Shown here one piece after another: positions 19,096-29,411 of a stretch of DNA of 52,483 nucleotides (the stretch's first letter is position 1; every line of letters begins with the position of its first letter). The notes under the pieces were generated by a model that saw only the letters and a program-made list of their open reading frames with translations, did no database searches and was not told where the DNA came from. The translations under genes and the position numbers were made by a program. This stretch comes from an uncultured Slackia sp. (GTDB lineage: Bacteria > Actinomycetota > Coriobacteriia > Coriobacteriales > Eggerthellaceae): assembly GCA_900553775.1 (NCBI GenBank), contig USEZ01000001.1:1-52483 (forward strand), written 5' to 3'.

Positions 19096-20592
19096 TTACT
19101 TCTCGGGGAAGAACACCGCGAGCATTTTCTTGTCGCTCGGCTTGCCCAGATACGATCCCGCAACCATGAGCACGAGCGCCACCGTGATGCCGATCACGAT
19201 CTGGTGCAGGCCGAACAGCTTGAATCCGACTGCCATGCACAGGCAATACGTCAGCGTGCCGCCCACCATGGACGCGATCGCGCCCGTCTTGTTCGCGCGC
19301 TTCCAGAACAGCGCGCCCACGAACACCCAGCAAAACGCCGTTTCGAGCCCGCCGAAGGCGAACATGTTGATCTTCCAGATCACATCGGGCGGCGTGATGG
19401 CCAGCACGAATACGACAATGCCGATGCCCAACGTGGCCACCTGGCTGAAACGCGAGACGCTTTCATCCCGCACCTCGGCGCCTTTTTGCTCGGCACGATG
19501 CAGCCACAGGTCTTTGATGATCGCCGAAGAAGACGCGATCAGCAGCGACGAGACCGTCGAGATGGACGCCGCAATGGGGCCCACGATCGCAATGCCCGCC
19601 AGCCACGGAGGCAGCGTCTGCGCAATGGCGATGGGAATGATGTTGTCGACGCTGCTGCCGTATGCGGCCAGATCGTCGGTCAGCACGCCCGCAGCCAACG
19701 TGCCCAGCGCCGTCACGCCGATCATCATGGCGCCGATAATCACCGTGCCCCAGATCATAGCCTTATGCAGCGACTTCGTGTCTTTATAGCCCATGCAGCG
19801 CACCACCGACTGCGGCAGGCAGAACGTCAGCACGCCCACCAGCAACCACTGCGTGAAATACAGCGAAAGGGGCATGGCGCCCGCAGCGAACGGCTCGAGC
19901 AACTCGGGGCGGTTCGCCTGAATGGTGGCCATCACGTTTTCGTAGCCGCCGCCTGCGGAAAAGATCCCGCCCGCCAGCACGGCGATGCCCACCAGCATGG
20001 CGATGCCGCACAGCGCGTCGGTCACCGCCACGCCGCGAAAGCCGCCCACCGCCGTGAAAATAATCACCGCGGCGCCGAAAAGAAACAGCCCCACCACGTA
20101 GGAATAGCCCGTGACCGCCTCGAACAGCTTCGCGCCGCCCACGAACTGCGCCACCATGGTGGCGCCGAAGAACAGCACCAGGATGAACGCCGCGGCCACG
20201 GCCAGGGCATTCGACTGGTAACGTTCGCGAATGACGTCGATCACCGTGACGGCGCCCAGCTTGCGCGACACGAGCGCCATCTTCTTGCCCATGATGCCGT
20301 ACAGCAAAAACAGCGTGACAACCTGCACCGTTGCCATGTACACCCAGCCGAATCCGACATTCCACGCCTGGCCGGGGCCGCCCACGAACGAGCTCACCGA
20401 TCCATACGTGGCAATGGTGGTCATGGCCAGCACGAAGCCGCCCAGGCCGCGGTCGCCGATGAAATATTCCTTGACGAACCCTCCCGATGCGCTCGCACGC
20501 GAACGACGGCGCACCATGATGGCGAGTCCCAGCGCGAACAGAAGAAATACCACGATGGGCACAAGGCCCGCCAATCCGATGGCGCTATTCAC
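19096..20592 (-). CDS. panF: Sodium/pantothenate symporter
   Basis: KEYFIGDRGLGGFVLAMTTIATYGSVSSFVGGPG, LPQSVVRCMGYKDTKSLH; GTG start overlaps the yhdT stop. Confidence 0.92.
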   Translation of the reverse strand: MNSAIGLAGLVPIVVFLLFALGLAIMVRRRSRASASGGFVKEYFIGDRGLGGFVLAMTTIATYGSVSSFVGGPGQAWNVGFGWVYMATVQVVTLFLLYGIMGKKMALVSRKLGAVTVIDVIRERYQSNALAVAAAFILVLFFGATMVAQFVGGAKLFEAVTGYSYVVGLFLFGAAVIIFTAVGGFRGVAVTDALCGIAMLVGIAVLAGGIFSAGGGYENVMATIQANRPELLEPFAAGAMPLSLYFTQWLLVGVLTFCLPQSVVRCMGYKDTKSLHKAMIWGTVIIGAMMIGVTALGTLAAGVLTDDLAAYGSSVDNIIPIAIAQTLPPWLAGIAIVGPIAASISTVSSLLIASSSAIIKDLWLHRAEQKGAEVRDESVSRFSQVATLGIGIVVFVLAITPPDVIWKINMFAFGGLETAFCWVFVGALFWKRANKTGAIASMVGGTLTYCLCMAVGFKLFGLHQIVIGITVALVLMVAGSYLGKPSDKKMLAVFFPEK

Positions 20593-20878
20593 GGCAATCC
20601 CCCTCTTCCGCTTCGTCTTCGTCGTCAAGGTCGAAATCGGCGAACACGCGCTTGGCCAAAAACACCGCAACGGCGATAGCGAACAGCCACGTGCCCACCG
20701 TACCGCCGATAATCCATACGGGCGTGCCGAAAACCGTGGCATCGATTCCCGCCAGGCCGAACCCCCCGATCGCCCACACCGCAATGCACAGCACAAGCGC
20801 GACCACCGTCGCCTTCGCTTCCTTATTCGCCTGCATCATTTTCTGGCGGTAGGTCGATCCGCCTTTCGATGGCGCCAT
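20585..20878 (-). CDS. yhdT: YhdT (DUF997) small membrane protein
   Basis: QANKEA, two TM helices, FGTPVW, VFADFDLD; canonical position upstream of panF. Confidence 0.85.
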   Translation of the reverse strand: MAPSKGGSTYRQKMMQANKEAKATVVALVLCIAVWAIGGFGLAGIDATVFGTPVWIIGGTVGTWLFAIAVAVFLAKRVFADFDLDDEDEAEEGDCRE

Positions 20879-21261
20879 GCCGATCCCTTCTCGTGTGAAA
20901 AAATCCGATCATTTGCAATGCCATGCACGGGCAATGCCCTGCCCGCACGAGCGGCGCGCCCCTTGCGACACGTCCGGCTCCGCCGCCAGCGCATTCGTTC
21001 ATGGCCTCGGCCGCTCCCCTTGCTTCGCATGCCGAAAACGGCAGCCACATTGTATCGGCGCGTTTGCAAACGGTGCGGCACGGCCGATGGCGTGGCGGCC
21101 ATATTCGCAACATTGCCCGCATACGCCTTTGTGAACTGGTAAAACGGTTGCACCTATCGAACGAACAAGATATATTTATGCGGGGTTTTGCGGGGTGTAG
21201 CGACGGCATCCCTGCAAAGACGCCCGAAGCATCCGACCGCATTCCCGACGAAAGGCCCGGC

Positions 21262-22887
21262 ATGCATCTGAAAAAAACGAAGCGCAACGGACGCGTGTAT
21301 CTTTCGGTCGTGCAGAACTACCGCGAAGGAAACGCCACCAAGACGCGCACGATAGAAACGATCGGCTATGCCGACGCCTATGAAAGCGAATTCGCCGACC
21401 CGATAGCCCATTTCGAAGCATACGTGGCCGAGCTGAACGAGCAGCGCCGCGCGAAGCGGGCGCCGATCGAATTCTCGTTCCCGCGCGATTGCGTCATCGA
21501 CGCCGATTGCACGGAATCGGCCCGATGGGGAATATCGATCGCGCTGGCCTATCTTGACGCCCTCGAAGCGAAACGCGCCATAACGCCTGGCGACTCGACC
21601 TGCGCAAACCGCAAAGAAGCACACAGGGAAGTCGCCGCCGCGCGGCGCGCCTTCGAGGTTTTCGCGGCCGAGCGCGTGCTGCACGCCTCGCCGAAACACG
21701 AAACCTGGGAACGGCGCGCATCGTTTCCGCGACGCTGCGATTTCGCCATCGACGAAGCCTACCGGGCGCTTTCCGTCATCGCCGCAGCCGACGGGCGCAT
21801 CGCCCGCGCGATGCGCGCCGCCTACGAGCGCATCAGGCCCGATCATGCGCCCTTGTCGTGCGCGCGCGTTGTTTTGGGAACGTTCGCCTTCAACGACGTC
21901 GATGACGTCGACTCGGCGCAAAACCGGCACCCGAGCGCCCGACATGCCGTCTGCCTGGCCATGGTGCTCGACGAAGACGGCATGCCCGCCGGATATCGCC
22001 TGATAGACGCAAACCCCGATGCGGCCGCCGTGCGCAACCTGGCGCGCGACGTCAAAGAAAGCCTCGGCGCGCAGCGGATCGTATTGGTGGCAGGACGGCT
22101 TTCGCACGCCGACGCCATCATGCGCACGCTTGCGGCGTCGGGAGACGGCTTCATCATGCACCGCCCCCTTGAAACCGCCGTCGAGGGCATGCGCCACTGG
22201 GTCGTCGACGAACGGGGCTACACCACCAGCCGATCGGGAAACTACCGCATCAAGTCGCGCGTGAGGTCGGCGACATTCGAAGCGGACGACGGAAACGACG
22301 ACGAGCAGCCCGCAGAGGCGAAGCGCACGCGCCATAAAGCGGCGGCGCGGCGCCTCCGCGTGCGCGACATCGTGTTCTGGGGTCGGGACTACGCCTTGCG
22401 CAAGCGGGGCGGGAAATCCGACGCTGCAGGCGACGACCTGGACGGATACGCCTGCATCGTCACGAGCGAAACCGACCTCGCCGCGCCCGAGGTGTTTCAT
22501 TCGTACCGAGAGCTCTGGCGTCTCGCCGAGCCGTTCCAGGTGCTGGAATCGGACTTCTCGCCTTCGCCCTACCCCACGCCGGGCGACGAGCACCTGCGCG
22601 CGCATTTCGCCCTTTGCTATGCGGCGTTTTTCGCGCTGCTCCTCGAACGCCGCGACCTCGGCTGGCGCTACAACGCCGCCCAGGTTGCCGACGCGCTCGG
22701 CCGCATGGAGGGAAGCCGCCTGGCGGAAAACTGGTTTTTGTTCGGATACCGAAGCGATGTGAGCGACGCGATCGAGCAGGCGGCGGGTGTGGAAACGGCG
22801 CGACGGCTGCGCACGCGGCAAGACATCCGCCGCGGCATCGCCCAGGCGCGAAAGCACATTCGCGGGGAAGGGCCCGCCCACACATAA
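21262..22887 (+). CDS. IS1634-family transposase-derived protein lacking the DDE catalytic residues
   Basis: Colinear with IS1634 Tpases (MHLKK..RVYLSVV..YR...TIETIGY...DPIAHF; DGYACIVTSE; Y..LW; HLRAHF..C; ENWFLF) but VVLGT / VAGR / LAEPF where YDVT / ADKG / IEESF are expected. Confidence 0.75.
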   Translation: MHLKKTKRNGRVYLSVVQNYREGNATKTRTIETIGYADAYESEFADPIAHFEAYVAELNEQRRAKRAPIEFSFPRDCVIDADCTESARWGISIALAYLDALEAKRAITPGDSTCANRKEAHREVAAARRAFEVFAAERVLHASPKHETWERRASFPRRCDFAIDEAYRALSVIAAADGRIARAMRAAYERIRPDHAPLSCARVVLGTFAFNDVDDVDSAQNRHPSARHAVCLAMVLDEDGMPAGYRLIDANPDAAAVRNLARDVKESLGAQRIVLVAGRLSHADAIMRTLAASGDGFIMHRPLETAVEGMRHWVVDERGYTTSRSGNYRIKSRVRSATFEADDGNDDEQPAEAKRTRHKAAARRLRVRDIVFWGRDYALRKRGGKSDAAGDDLDGYACIVTSETDLAAPEVFHSYRELWRLAEPFQVLESDFSPSPYPTPGDEHLRAHFALCYAAFFALLLERRDLGWRYNAAQVADALGRMEGSRLAENWFLFGYRSDVSDAIEQAAGVETARRLRTRQDIRRGIAQARKHIRGEGPAHT

Positions 22888-22952
22888 CCGGGCTTTCGCG
22901 CGCAGCCTCATGCAAGCCCGAAAGCCCGTCCAACCCTACGACGCCGCCGCAC

Positions 22953-22985
22953 AAAAAAAATGCCGCGCCCGAACGGGCGCGGCAT
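22953..22985 (-). terminator. Intrinsic terminator between convergent genes
   Basis: ATGCCGCGCCCG-aa-CGGGCGCGGCAT preceded by an A-run on the plus strand. Confidence 0.75.
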
Positions 22986-23063
22986 CGCTATTCATCGGGG
23001 CGGTGCAGGCAAGATGGACACGCCGCGCTTCCCGAACGAAGGAACCGAGGCGCGAACCGAAGC

Positions 23064-23777
23064 CTACAGGCCCAGCGCTTTTTTCAAAGAGGACACGCGG
23101 CGGCGGGAAACGGGGATCTTGTCTTCCACGCCGTTCAGGGTAAGCAGCAACGTGCCGCCCGCCACGGGCTCAACCTCTTCCACCATGGAAAGGTTCACCA
23201 GATATCCGCGATGCACGCGGAAGAACCCATGGCCGTCCAGGCGCTTTTCAAGCTGCGCCAGCGAAACCGTGGAGAAGTAGCGGTCGGAATCGGTCTGAAG
23301 ATACGCGTAGTCGTCGCGCGCCATGACATAGCGGATGCTGTCGATGGCGATGAGGATCTTCTTGCCGCCCTTTTCAACCGGGATGCGCTCGGATTGCGTC
23401 GCCTTCACATGCAGGGTGACATATTCGGTGGCGCGGTTCACAGCCTGGTGCAAACGATCGATTTCGACAGGTTTCACCAGGTAGTCGACCGCATTCACCT
23501 TGAAGCCCTCAAGGGCGTGCTCGCTGTACGCCGTGACGAAAATGACCGCCGGCGGGTTTTTCAGGCGCTGCAGCGCCTCTGCGAACTGGATGCCCGTGAC
23601 CTCGGGCATGCTGACATCGAGAAACAGCACATCGACCGGATAGCTCTGCATTTTCTCGATGGCCTCGCGCACGCTTGCGGCCTCGGCCAAAACCTCGACG
23701 CCGCCGACTTCGCCGAGCAGATAGCGCAGCTCGGAGCGGGCGGGCGCTTCGTCGTCTACGATAATCGCGTTAAGCAA
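23064..23777 (-). CDS. LytTR-family response regulator
   Basis: IVDDEAPAR, LFLDVSMP, FVTAY, DYLVKP, FFRVHRGYLVN, IPVSRR; GGAGG then TTG at 23777. Confidence 0.93.
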   Translation of the reverse strand: MLNAIIVDDEAPARSELRYLLGEVGGVEVLAEAASVREAIEKMQSYPVDVLFLDVSMPEVTGIQFAEALQRLKNPPAVIFVTAYSEHALEGFKVNAVDYLVKPVEIDRLHQAVNRATEYVTLHVKATQSERIPVEKGGKKILIAIDSIRYVMARDDYAYLQTDSDRYFSTVSLAQLEKRLDGHGFFRVHRGYLVNLSMVEEVEPVAGGTLLLTLNGVEDKIPVSRRRVSSLKKALGL

Positions 23778-24175
23778 AACGTCCTCCATCACCCTTGGCG
23801 AACGCTTTGCTCGCCAGACACCGTTCTTGCATATTAGCCGAAATGAGCAGCCCCGTGAAGCGGTTACGAAGGAATGGGACGCTATGGGCATCATTCGTCG
23901 CACATCGATGGATTTTCTCCATCGATTACGCCGTTCGCCCCGCGAAATACGTCGTCTGCATGTCTGCACATACCGCCCGCCGTGAAATCGACAGCAGGCG
24001 ATGCGGAAGCGACGCAGCGGCCTGCGCAAGCGCCCGTTGCGTCGCAGACAGGCTGCAACGGCGAGCATGCAAGGCGGAATCGCCTGCGGCGGCGAGGGCG
24101 AAAAGCCCGCCCCCCTCTCTCGCACATGGCGGCGCCCGCGCGCCGTTCGCGCATTCCGCGTGACGCGCGGACGAG

Positions 24176-25474
24176 CTAATCGTCGAGCAGCGCGTCTTTC
24201 AAATACATCTGCACGCGCGTGCCCTTGCCGGGGGTAGACTCCACCTCCATGCGCGATTCGGTGCCGTAATAGCCCGTCAGACGTTCGCTGATGTTCTTCA
24301 TCGCAATGCCCAGGCCTTTCGACGCCGAGGGGCTCAGCAACTTGCGTTGCTGCTCGACGTCCATGCCTATCCCGTTGTCGGCCACGGCGATGTACACGTC
24401 GTTGCCATCGCTTTGCGCCGTCACGGCGATCGAGAGCGTGCCTTCCTGCGGCATGGCATGGCGCACCGCGTTTTCCACCAGGGGCTGCACCATGAACGCC
24501 GGCACCATGAGGTCTTCCAGGCCGGGTTCGATATCCACGTCCATAACCAGGCGGTCTTCGCCGAAACGCGCCACCTCGAAGGTGAAATAACGCATGGTCT
24601 GGTCGATTTCGCGCATCAGCTCCACCAAGTCGTCGGAATTCTCCAAGGTGCGGCGGTAGAAGACGGCGAACTCGCGCAGCAGCATGCGGGCGCGATCGGG
24701 GTCGGTGCGCACGAGGCTTGCGATGGTATTGATCGTATTGAACAAGAAATGGGGGTTGATCTGCGATTGCAGCGCCTTGAGCTCCATGGTGGTGGCAAGC
24801 TTGGTCTGCTGCTCGAGCTCGACCGCCGCGATCTGGGTCGACATGAGCTCGCCGAGCCCCTCGGCGAGGGCCATCTGCGTTTCGGTGATGTCGCCCGCGT
24901 GGCGGTAGTAGAACTTCAACGTGCCGATGATCGCGTCGCCGCGGCGCAGGGGCACGATGATGCCGGCGCGCAGGTTTTTCACCTTCGTGGGAAAGCCGAT
25001 CTCTTCGGGCGTGTGCAGCGCGCGGATGCGGCCGTCTTCCAACGTTGCGTGCGTTGCCTTCGTGCGAATGGGGGTTCCGGGCGTGCTGGGCGTCTCCTCA
25101 AGGCCCACATAGCCCAGAATGTGCTCTTTATCGGTGATGGCCACCGCATGGGCGCCCGTGGCGGGCAACAGAAGGCGGCATACCTTCTGCGCCGTTTCCA
25201 TGTTGAAGCCCTCCTGGAAGCAGGCAAGCGTTTCGCGGGCGATCTTCAGGATGGTGTCCGATTGGCGGGCGCGCACCGAATCGGGATTGAGATGCAGATA
25301 AATCAGCAGCGCCACCGACACCGTGAACGAAACGCCCGCGACGACATTCAGGTCGTCGAACATTTCGGGCCTGCAGATGCCCATGACCAAAACGGCGGCG
25401 GCGAGCGTGGCCACCGTGAACAGGACGAGGTCTATCAGCTTGGCGTAATTCGCCTTCACGTTCATGATTCCCAT
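24176..25474 (-). CDS. LytS/YehU-type sensor histidine kinase
   Basis: AVAITD GAF-like region, ELKALQSQINPHFLFNTINTI, QPLVENAVRH, DNGIG. Confidence 0.92.
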   Translation of the reverse strand: MGIMNVKANYAKLIDLVLFTVATLAAAVLVMGICRPEMFDDLNVVAGVSFTVSVALLIYLHLNPDSVRARQSDTILKIARETLACFQEGFNMETAQKVCRLLLPATGAHAVAITDKEHILGYVGLEETPSTPGTPIRTKATHATLEDGRIRALHTPEEIGFPTKVKNLRAGIIVPLRRGDAIIGTLKFYYRHAGDITETQMALAEGLGELMSTQIAAVELEQQTKLATTMELKALQSQINPHFLFNTINTIASLVRTDPDRARMLLREFAVFYRRTLENSDDLVELMREIDQTMRYFTFEVARFGEDRLVMDVDIEPGLEDLMVPAFMVQPLVENAVRHAMPQEGTLSIAVTAQSDGNDVYIAVADNGIGMDVEQQRKLLSPSASKGLGIAMKNISERLTGYYGTESRMEVESTPGKGTRVQMYLKDALLDD

Positions 25475-25496
25475 GAATCCCCCTTCTTGCATGGCG

Positions 25497-26369
25497 CTAC
25501 ATGGCGCCGAATTCGTTGACCACCAAAACGACGGCCGCAATCAGCAAAAACGCGGCGAAGACGAACCGCAGCGCGCGCTCGGGAACGCGTTTTACCAGGC
25601 TCGCCCCCAAAAACGCGCCGGGAATGGAGCCTGCAGCCGTGGCTATTCCCACCAGATAGTCGATGTTGCCGAGCAACCCCTGCTCGATCGCGCCCGGAAC
25701 CGCCAGAATGCACACGGCGAGCAGCGACGTGCCCGACGCCAGACGCATGGGAACGCCCAGCAAGGCCATGAACAGCGGCACCATGATGAACCCGCCGCCG
25801 ACGCCCACATACCCGCTCATAAAGCCGGCGATCGCACCGATCGCAACCACCTTCATAACGAACGAAGCCGTGAACGCAGGGGCGGCATATGAGGGTTTTT
25901 CGGCGGATGCGCCGGATGCGGGGACGGAAGGAGACGAGCCGGCCGCAGAAGACGCGGGCGAAGAGGCAGCCTTTCCGCCCTTCGCATCCTTCGAGCCTTT
26001 CGAGGCGGCGAACGCCTTCTTGAACATGGTGAACGCCGAATACGCGATGATCAGCGCGGCGGCGGCCATGACGAGCCAGGTCGGAGACGCGGCGGCGGCC
26101 ATGACGCCGACGGGCGAGAGGCACGCGCCCGCAAGGCCGCACACGATGCCCACGCGCGCGACGCACGTCTTGTTGCGCACATGCTTCGCCATGCCCGAAA
26201 GCGACGTGGGAATGATGGTGAAAAGGGAAGTGGCGGTGGCGGCGATCGGATTCATGCCGAACACCAGCCTGAACAGCGGCACCATGATCACGCCGCCGCC
26301 GATGCCCAAAAGCCCCGACAGCACGCCGACCGCAATGCCGCACAGCGCGGCAACGACGAACAACTCCAT
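25497..26369 (-). CDS. TauE/SafE-family membrane exporter
   Basis: Duplicated GLLGIGGGVIMVP / GYVGVGGGFIMVP motifs with ATSL / GTSL. Confidence 0.9.
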   Translation of the reverse strand: MELFVVAALCGIAVGVLSGLLGIGGGVIMVPLFRLVFGMNPIAATATSLFTIIPTSLSGMAKHVRNKTCVARVGIVCGLAGACLSPVGVMAAAASPTWLVMAAAALIIAYSAFTMFKKAFAASKGSKDAKGGKAASSPASSAAGSSPSVPASGASAEKPSYAAPAFTASFVMKVVAIGAIAGFMSGYVGVGGGFIMVPLFMALLGVPMRLASGTSLLAVCILAVPGAIEQGLLGNIDYLVGIATAAGSIPGAFLGASLVKRVPERALRFVFAAFLLIAAVVLVVNEFGAM

Positions 26370-26372
26370 GGT

Positions 26373-27665
26373 TTACTCCCCCGCCCCGAGGTTCAGCCTG
26401 ATTTCGGTCGTTTCGCCAGGGCTGACGCCGCCGGACGCGCGCGAGGCGGCGCGCATCTGCTCGACACGCTCCTGCTCCTGATTCGACGACGTCGCCAGAG
26501 CAGCCTGCATGATGACGTCGTTTTCAAGACGCGCCATGATGGCGGGCCACTTGAACTGGAATTGGAAATAATGCGAGCAATGCTCTTCGGCATAGCGGGC
26601 GGCATCGGTGGTAGCCGATTTCGCGGCACGCCGATAGCCCTTGCCGTCAGGGCGTCCGATGGAGCGCAGCCAGGCCGTGCGCTTGATGCGCTTCGCTACG
26701 CTCGGCTCCAAAAACGGGCCGGGATACGGCTGGAGCGATTGCGGCTTGATCTGCAGCAGGTCGATCTGCGTGCGGGCGTATTCGATCTTGCGGCACTCGT
26801 AGAGCCAACGGAAGATATCCTGGCGAAACCGCAGGCCCTCGCGCGGCGTGGCGGGCGGCAGATGGCGCATCACCCATCGATTGTCGAACCAGATGTCGCT
26901 TCCGTACATACGCAAATCGAGCATATAGTCGAGGTCTTCGCCGCGCGAGATCCACGGGTCGAACGACACGCGCCTGAACGCCTCTTTGTGCAGCGCCAAG
27001 CAGCCGCCGCACACATGGTTCGATCGGGAAAGACGCGGGCCGCGCATGACGCGTTCGATCCATTCGTTGAACGCCTTGCCCTGCTCCCAGAAGCGGTCGT
27101 ACCACTTCGCCGAACGGCTTGAGCGATAGCTTCCTTCGCTGTTAAGGTAGTAGCCGGTCTTCGCAAGGATGGGAATGCCGCGGCGGGTGAGCTTTCCCAG
27201 ACCGTACATCGCCTTTTCGAGGAACGCCTCGTCTTCGATCACGGAATCGTCGTCGAGAAACACCGCGGCGTCGAAATCGAGCATGTTCGCCACGAGAAGC
27301 CCCAGGTTGCGCACGGCTCCGTAGCCCTCGAGCCCGATTTCCTCGCGCACCGGCACGCCGAGCTGCCCCATGCGCTGGCGGATGAGCGCAAGCTCGGGCG
27401 CCGCGATCACGGTGATGTCCAAATCGGAGAAGTATTCCGCCACGTTGCGGATCTTGCTTGCCGCCCGGTTCTCGATGGAAGGCTCCGCCGCCACGAGGAT
27501 CACGATCTGGCCGAGACCGCGCACCTTGCGCAGCGAATCGAGGCAGCGCGGCAGCTCGCCTTTGCAGGAAAGCGTGGTGGTGTGGTCGTATGTCGCCGTG
27601 ACCGACCCGACGTCGGTCTTGCGGCGGGCGGATATATAGGTAGGTATGAGAACAACGGGGTTCAT
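26373..27665 (-). CDS. GT-A fold (family 2-like) glycosyltransferase
   Basis: VLIPTY, LPRCLDSL, GYGAVRNLG, FLDDD, RGEDLDY. Confidence 0.75.
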   Translation of the reverse strand: MNPVVLIPTYISARRKTDVGSVTATYDHTTTLSCKGELPRCLDSLRKVRGLGQIVILVAAEPSIENRAASKIRNVAEYFSDLDITVIAAPELALIRQRMGQLGVPVREEIGLEGYGAVRNLGLLVANMLDFDAAVFLDDDSVIEDEAFLEKAMYGLGKLTRRGIPILAKTGYYLNSEGSYRSSRSAKWYDRFWEQGKAFNEWIERVMRGPRLSRSNHVCGGCLALHKEAFRRVSFDPWISRGEDLDYMLDLRMYGSDIWFDNRWVMRHLPPATPREGLRFRQDIFRWLYECRKIEYARTQIDLLQIKPQSLQPYPGPFLEPSVAKRIKRTAWLRSIGRPDGKGYRRAAKSATTDAARYAEEHCSHYFQFQFKWPAIMARLENDVIMQAALATSSNQEQERVEQMRAASRASGGVSPGETTEIRLNLGAGE

Positions 27666-27902
27666 AGGCGCCTTTCTTCCTTGCGCCCGCATGCGGGCGT
27701 ACGATTCCGGCGACGGGGAGGAAAGACGAAGCGGCCCTTCGGAGCCGCCCCTTCACGACGGGGGCATGCAAACCCCCTCATGCGCCCCGGCGCCGCCGCG
27801 CATTGCCGTCTATTCTACCCTTTTGCCGAAATGCGCGCCGCGCAGGAGCCGACATGAAGGCGCCGCGTGCGCCCGAAGGACGCCGCGACCCGATCGAAAG
27901 CG

Positions 27903-28490
27903 TTATCGGCGCTTGAACACGTTGGCCTTGCGCAGGGCGGACACGAGCGGCAAACCCAGCGCATACACCACGACGGCTTCCCCGATACCCGTTGCCGCCA
28001 GGCCGAACAGATACATGGGAAGATAAGCGCCGTCGAGGCTTATCGTGGTGAACGGAATGGTATAAAAGCCCAGGCCCTGCAGCAGAATGGGCAGATAGGC
28101 GGGAACGATGAGCGCATTGGCCGCCACCGGGCCGAGCAGCGCGACGGCCGGCCGGTCGGCGAATTTGCGGCACCACAGGGCGCCGACGAGCGTGGCAAGC
28201 GACCCGAACACCACGTCGAGCAGGCCGAGGGCCCCCGTTCCTGAAATGACCATATTGGCAAGGTTGGCCACGATGCAGCCGATGGTAAGCCCCGGCACCG
28301 CCGCAGGCGTGAGAACGGCGAGCGCGACGAGCGCCTCGGAAATGCGGAATTGCACCGGCCCCCATGCAAGGCCCTGCAGCAGCACGAGCGCGGCGAGGGT
28401 GCACGCGGCATAGACGGCGGCGATCATGCCTGCCTGGGCGATGTAGGACGTGCGCGCCGAAGACGCGCCCTTCACGGCGGTTTTTTCCAT
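27903..28490 (-). CDS. queT: QueT queuosine-precursor ECF transporter S component
   Basis: IAAVYAA.TL, GPVQFRISEAL, PGLTIGCIVAN, DVVFGSLAT, GEAVV; AAGGAG RBS. Confidence 0.9.
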   Translation of the reverse strand: MEKTAVKGASSARTSYIAQAGMIAAVYAACTLAALVLLQGLAWGPVQFRISEALVALAVLTPAAVPGLTIGCIVANLANMVISGTGALGLLDVVFGSLATLVGALWCRKFADRPAVALLGPVAANALIVPAYLPILLQGLGFYTIPFTTISLDGAYLPMYLFGLAATGIGEAVVVYALGLPLVSALRKANVFKRR

Positions 28491-28597
28491 GGGATTCTCC
28501 TTTTCCGCGTGCGACGAGACGCGCACGGGCTATGGGCAACGAATAGTCTGACGAAGCACAGGGCCCAACGATGCACTTCGCGAAAGCGCAGTATAGC

Positions 28598-28631
28598 AGA
28601 AAGCCGCGCCCGGAACGGGTCGCGGCTTTCT
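28598..28631 (-). terminator. Hairpin after the upstream membrane-protein gene
   Basis: AGAAAGCCGCG...CGCGGCTTTCT. Confidence 0.6.
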
Positions 28632-28652
28632 CGATGCATGCGGGATAGCGGC

Positions 28653-29411
28653 CTACTTGGAGCAATCCTCGTGCGCGGCGGCTTCGCGCTCGGCCTTCTT
28701 GGCGGCTTCGCGCTCGGCTTTAAGCTGGGCGATCGGCTTGGAGGCGTCTTCTTTCGCCTTGGCCTCGGCCGCCTCCTTCTCGGCAGCGGCCTTCTTTTGC
28801 GCCTCTTGCTCGGCGGACGGCTCGGCCTCTTTCTTGCCCCCGAACACATGGCCGAAGCGTTTCACCGGCTTTGCGGCCTTCGCTTCTTTTTTGGCCTTGC
28901 GCGCGTCCTCTTTCTGCTGCGCGACCTGGTTCGCCGCATTGGTGGCCATGTGCTGTTTGACCTCTTTGGGATGCTTCTTCATCATTTCCATCTGGTAGGC
29001 GCGGCGCACCTTGCGAATCTTCGAGAAGTCGAGCCACAAGGCGCCGATGATGCAGCCGTATGCGGGAATGATGCAGATCCACGTGGCCCAGATATTGTCG
29101 GGCATGAAGTTCGGCATGATCATGCCGAGCACCGTGAGCACGATGGCGCTAATCAGCAGCACCCACCAGATGCGACGCAGCTTCTTGTACTGCTCGGTGG
29201 GAGGGTTGTAGAACATGCGGTCGAGCTCGGCCCGCTTGGCGCGCTGGGCCTTTTTGATGGCCTTCTTCTCTTTCGGCGTATGGCCTGCCGGGCGCACATA
29301 GACGCTTGCGGCGGCCTTCGCCTTCGGCTTGGCGGCGGCGGCGGATTTTTTGGTCTGGCCCTTGGGCTGCTCGCTTTGGTAGCGCTCGTTCATCGGATTA
29401 CGCTGGGACAC
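28653..29411 (-). CDS. Two-TM membrane protein with Lys/Ala/Glu-rich termini
   Basis: GAAAGGA RBS, GTG start VSQRNPMNERY; two hydrophobic helices. Confidence 0.7.
   Translation of the reverse strand: MSQRNPMNERYQSEQPKGQTKKSAAAAKPKAKAAASVYVRPAGHTPKEKKAIKKAQRAKRAELDRMFYNPPTEQYKKLRRIWWVLLISAIVLTVLGMIMPNFMPDNIWATWICIIPAYGCIIGALWLDFSKIRKVRRAYQMEMMKKHPKEVKQHMATNAANQVAQQKEDARKAKKEAKAAKPVKRFGHVFGGKKEAEPSAEQEAQKKAAAEKEAAEAKAKEDASKPIAQLKAEREAAKKAEREAAAHEDCSK

Noticed and set aside
21150..22950. Active IS1634 element
   Set aside because: No terminal inverted repeats or target duplication found by eye, and the catalytic residues appear absent.
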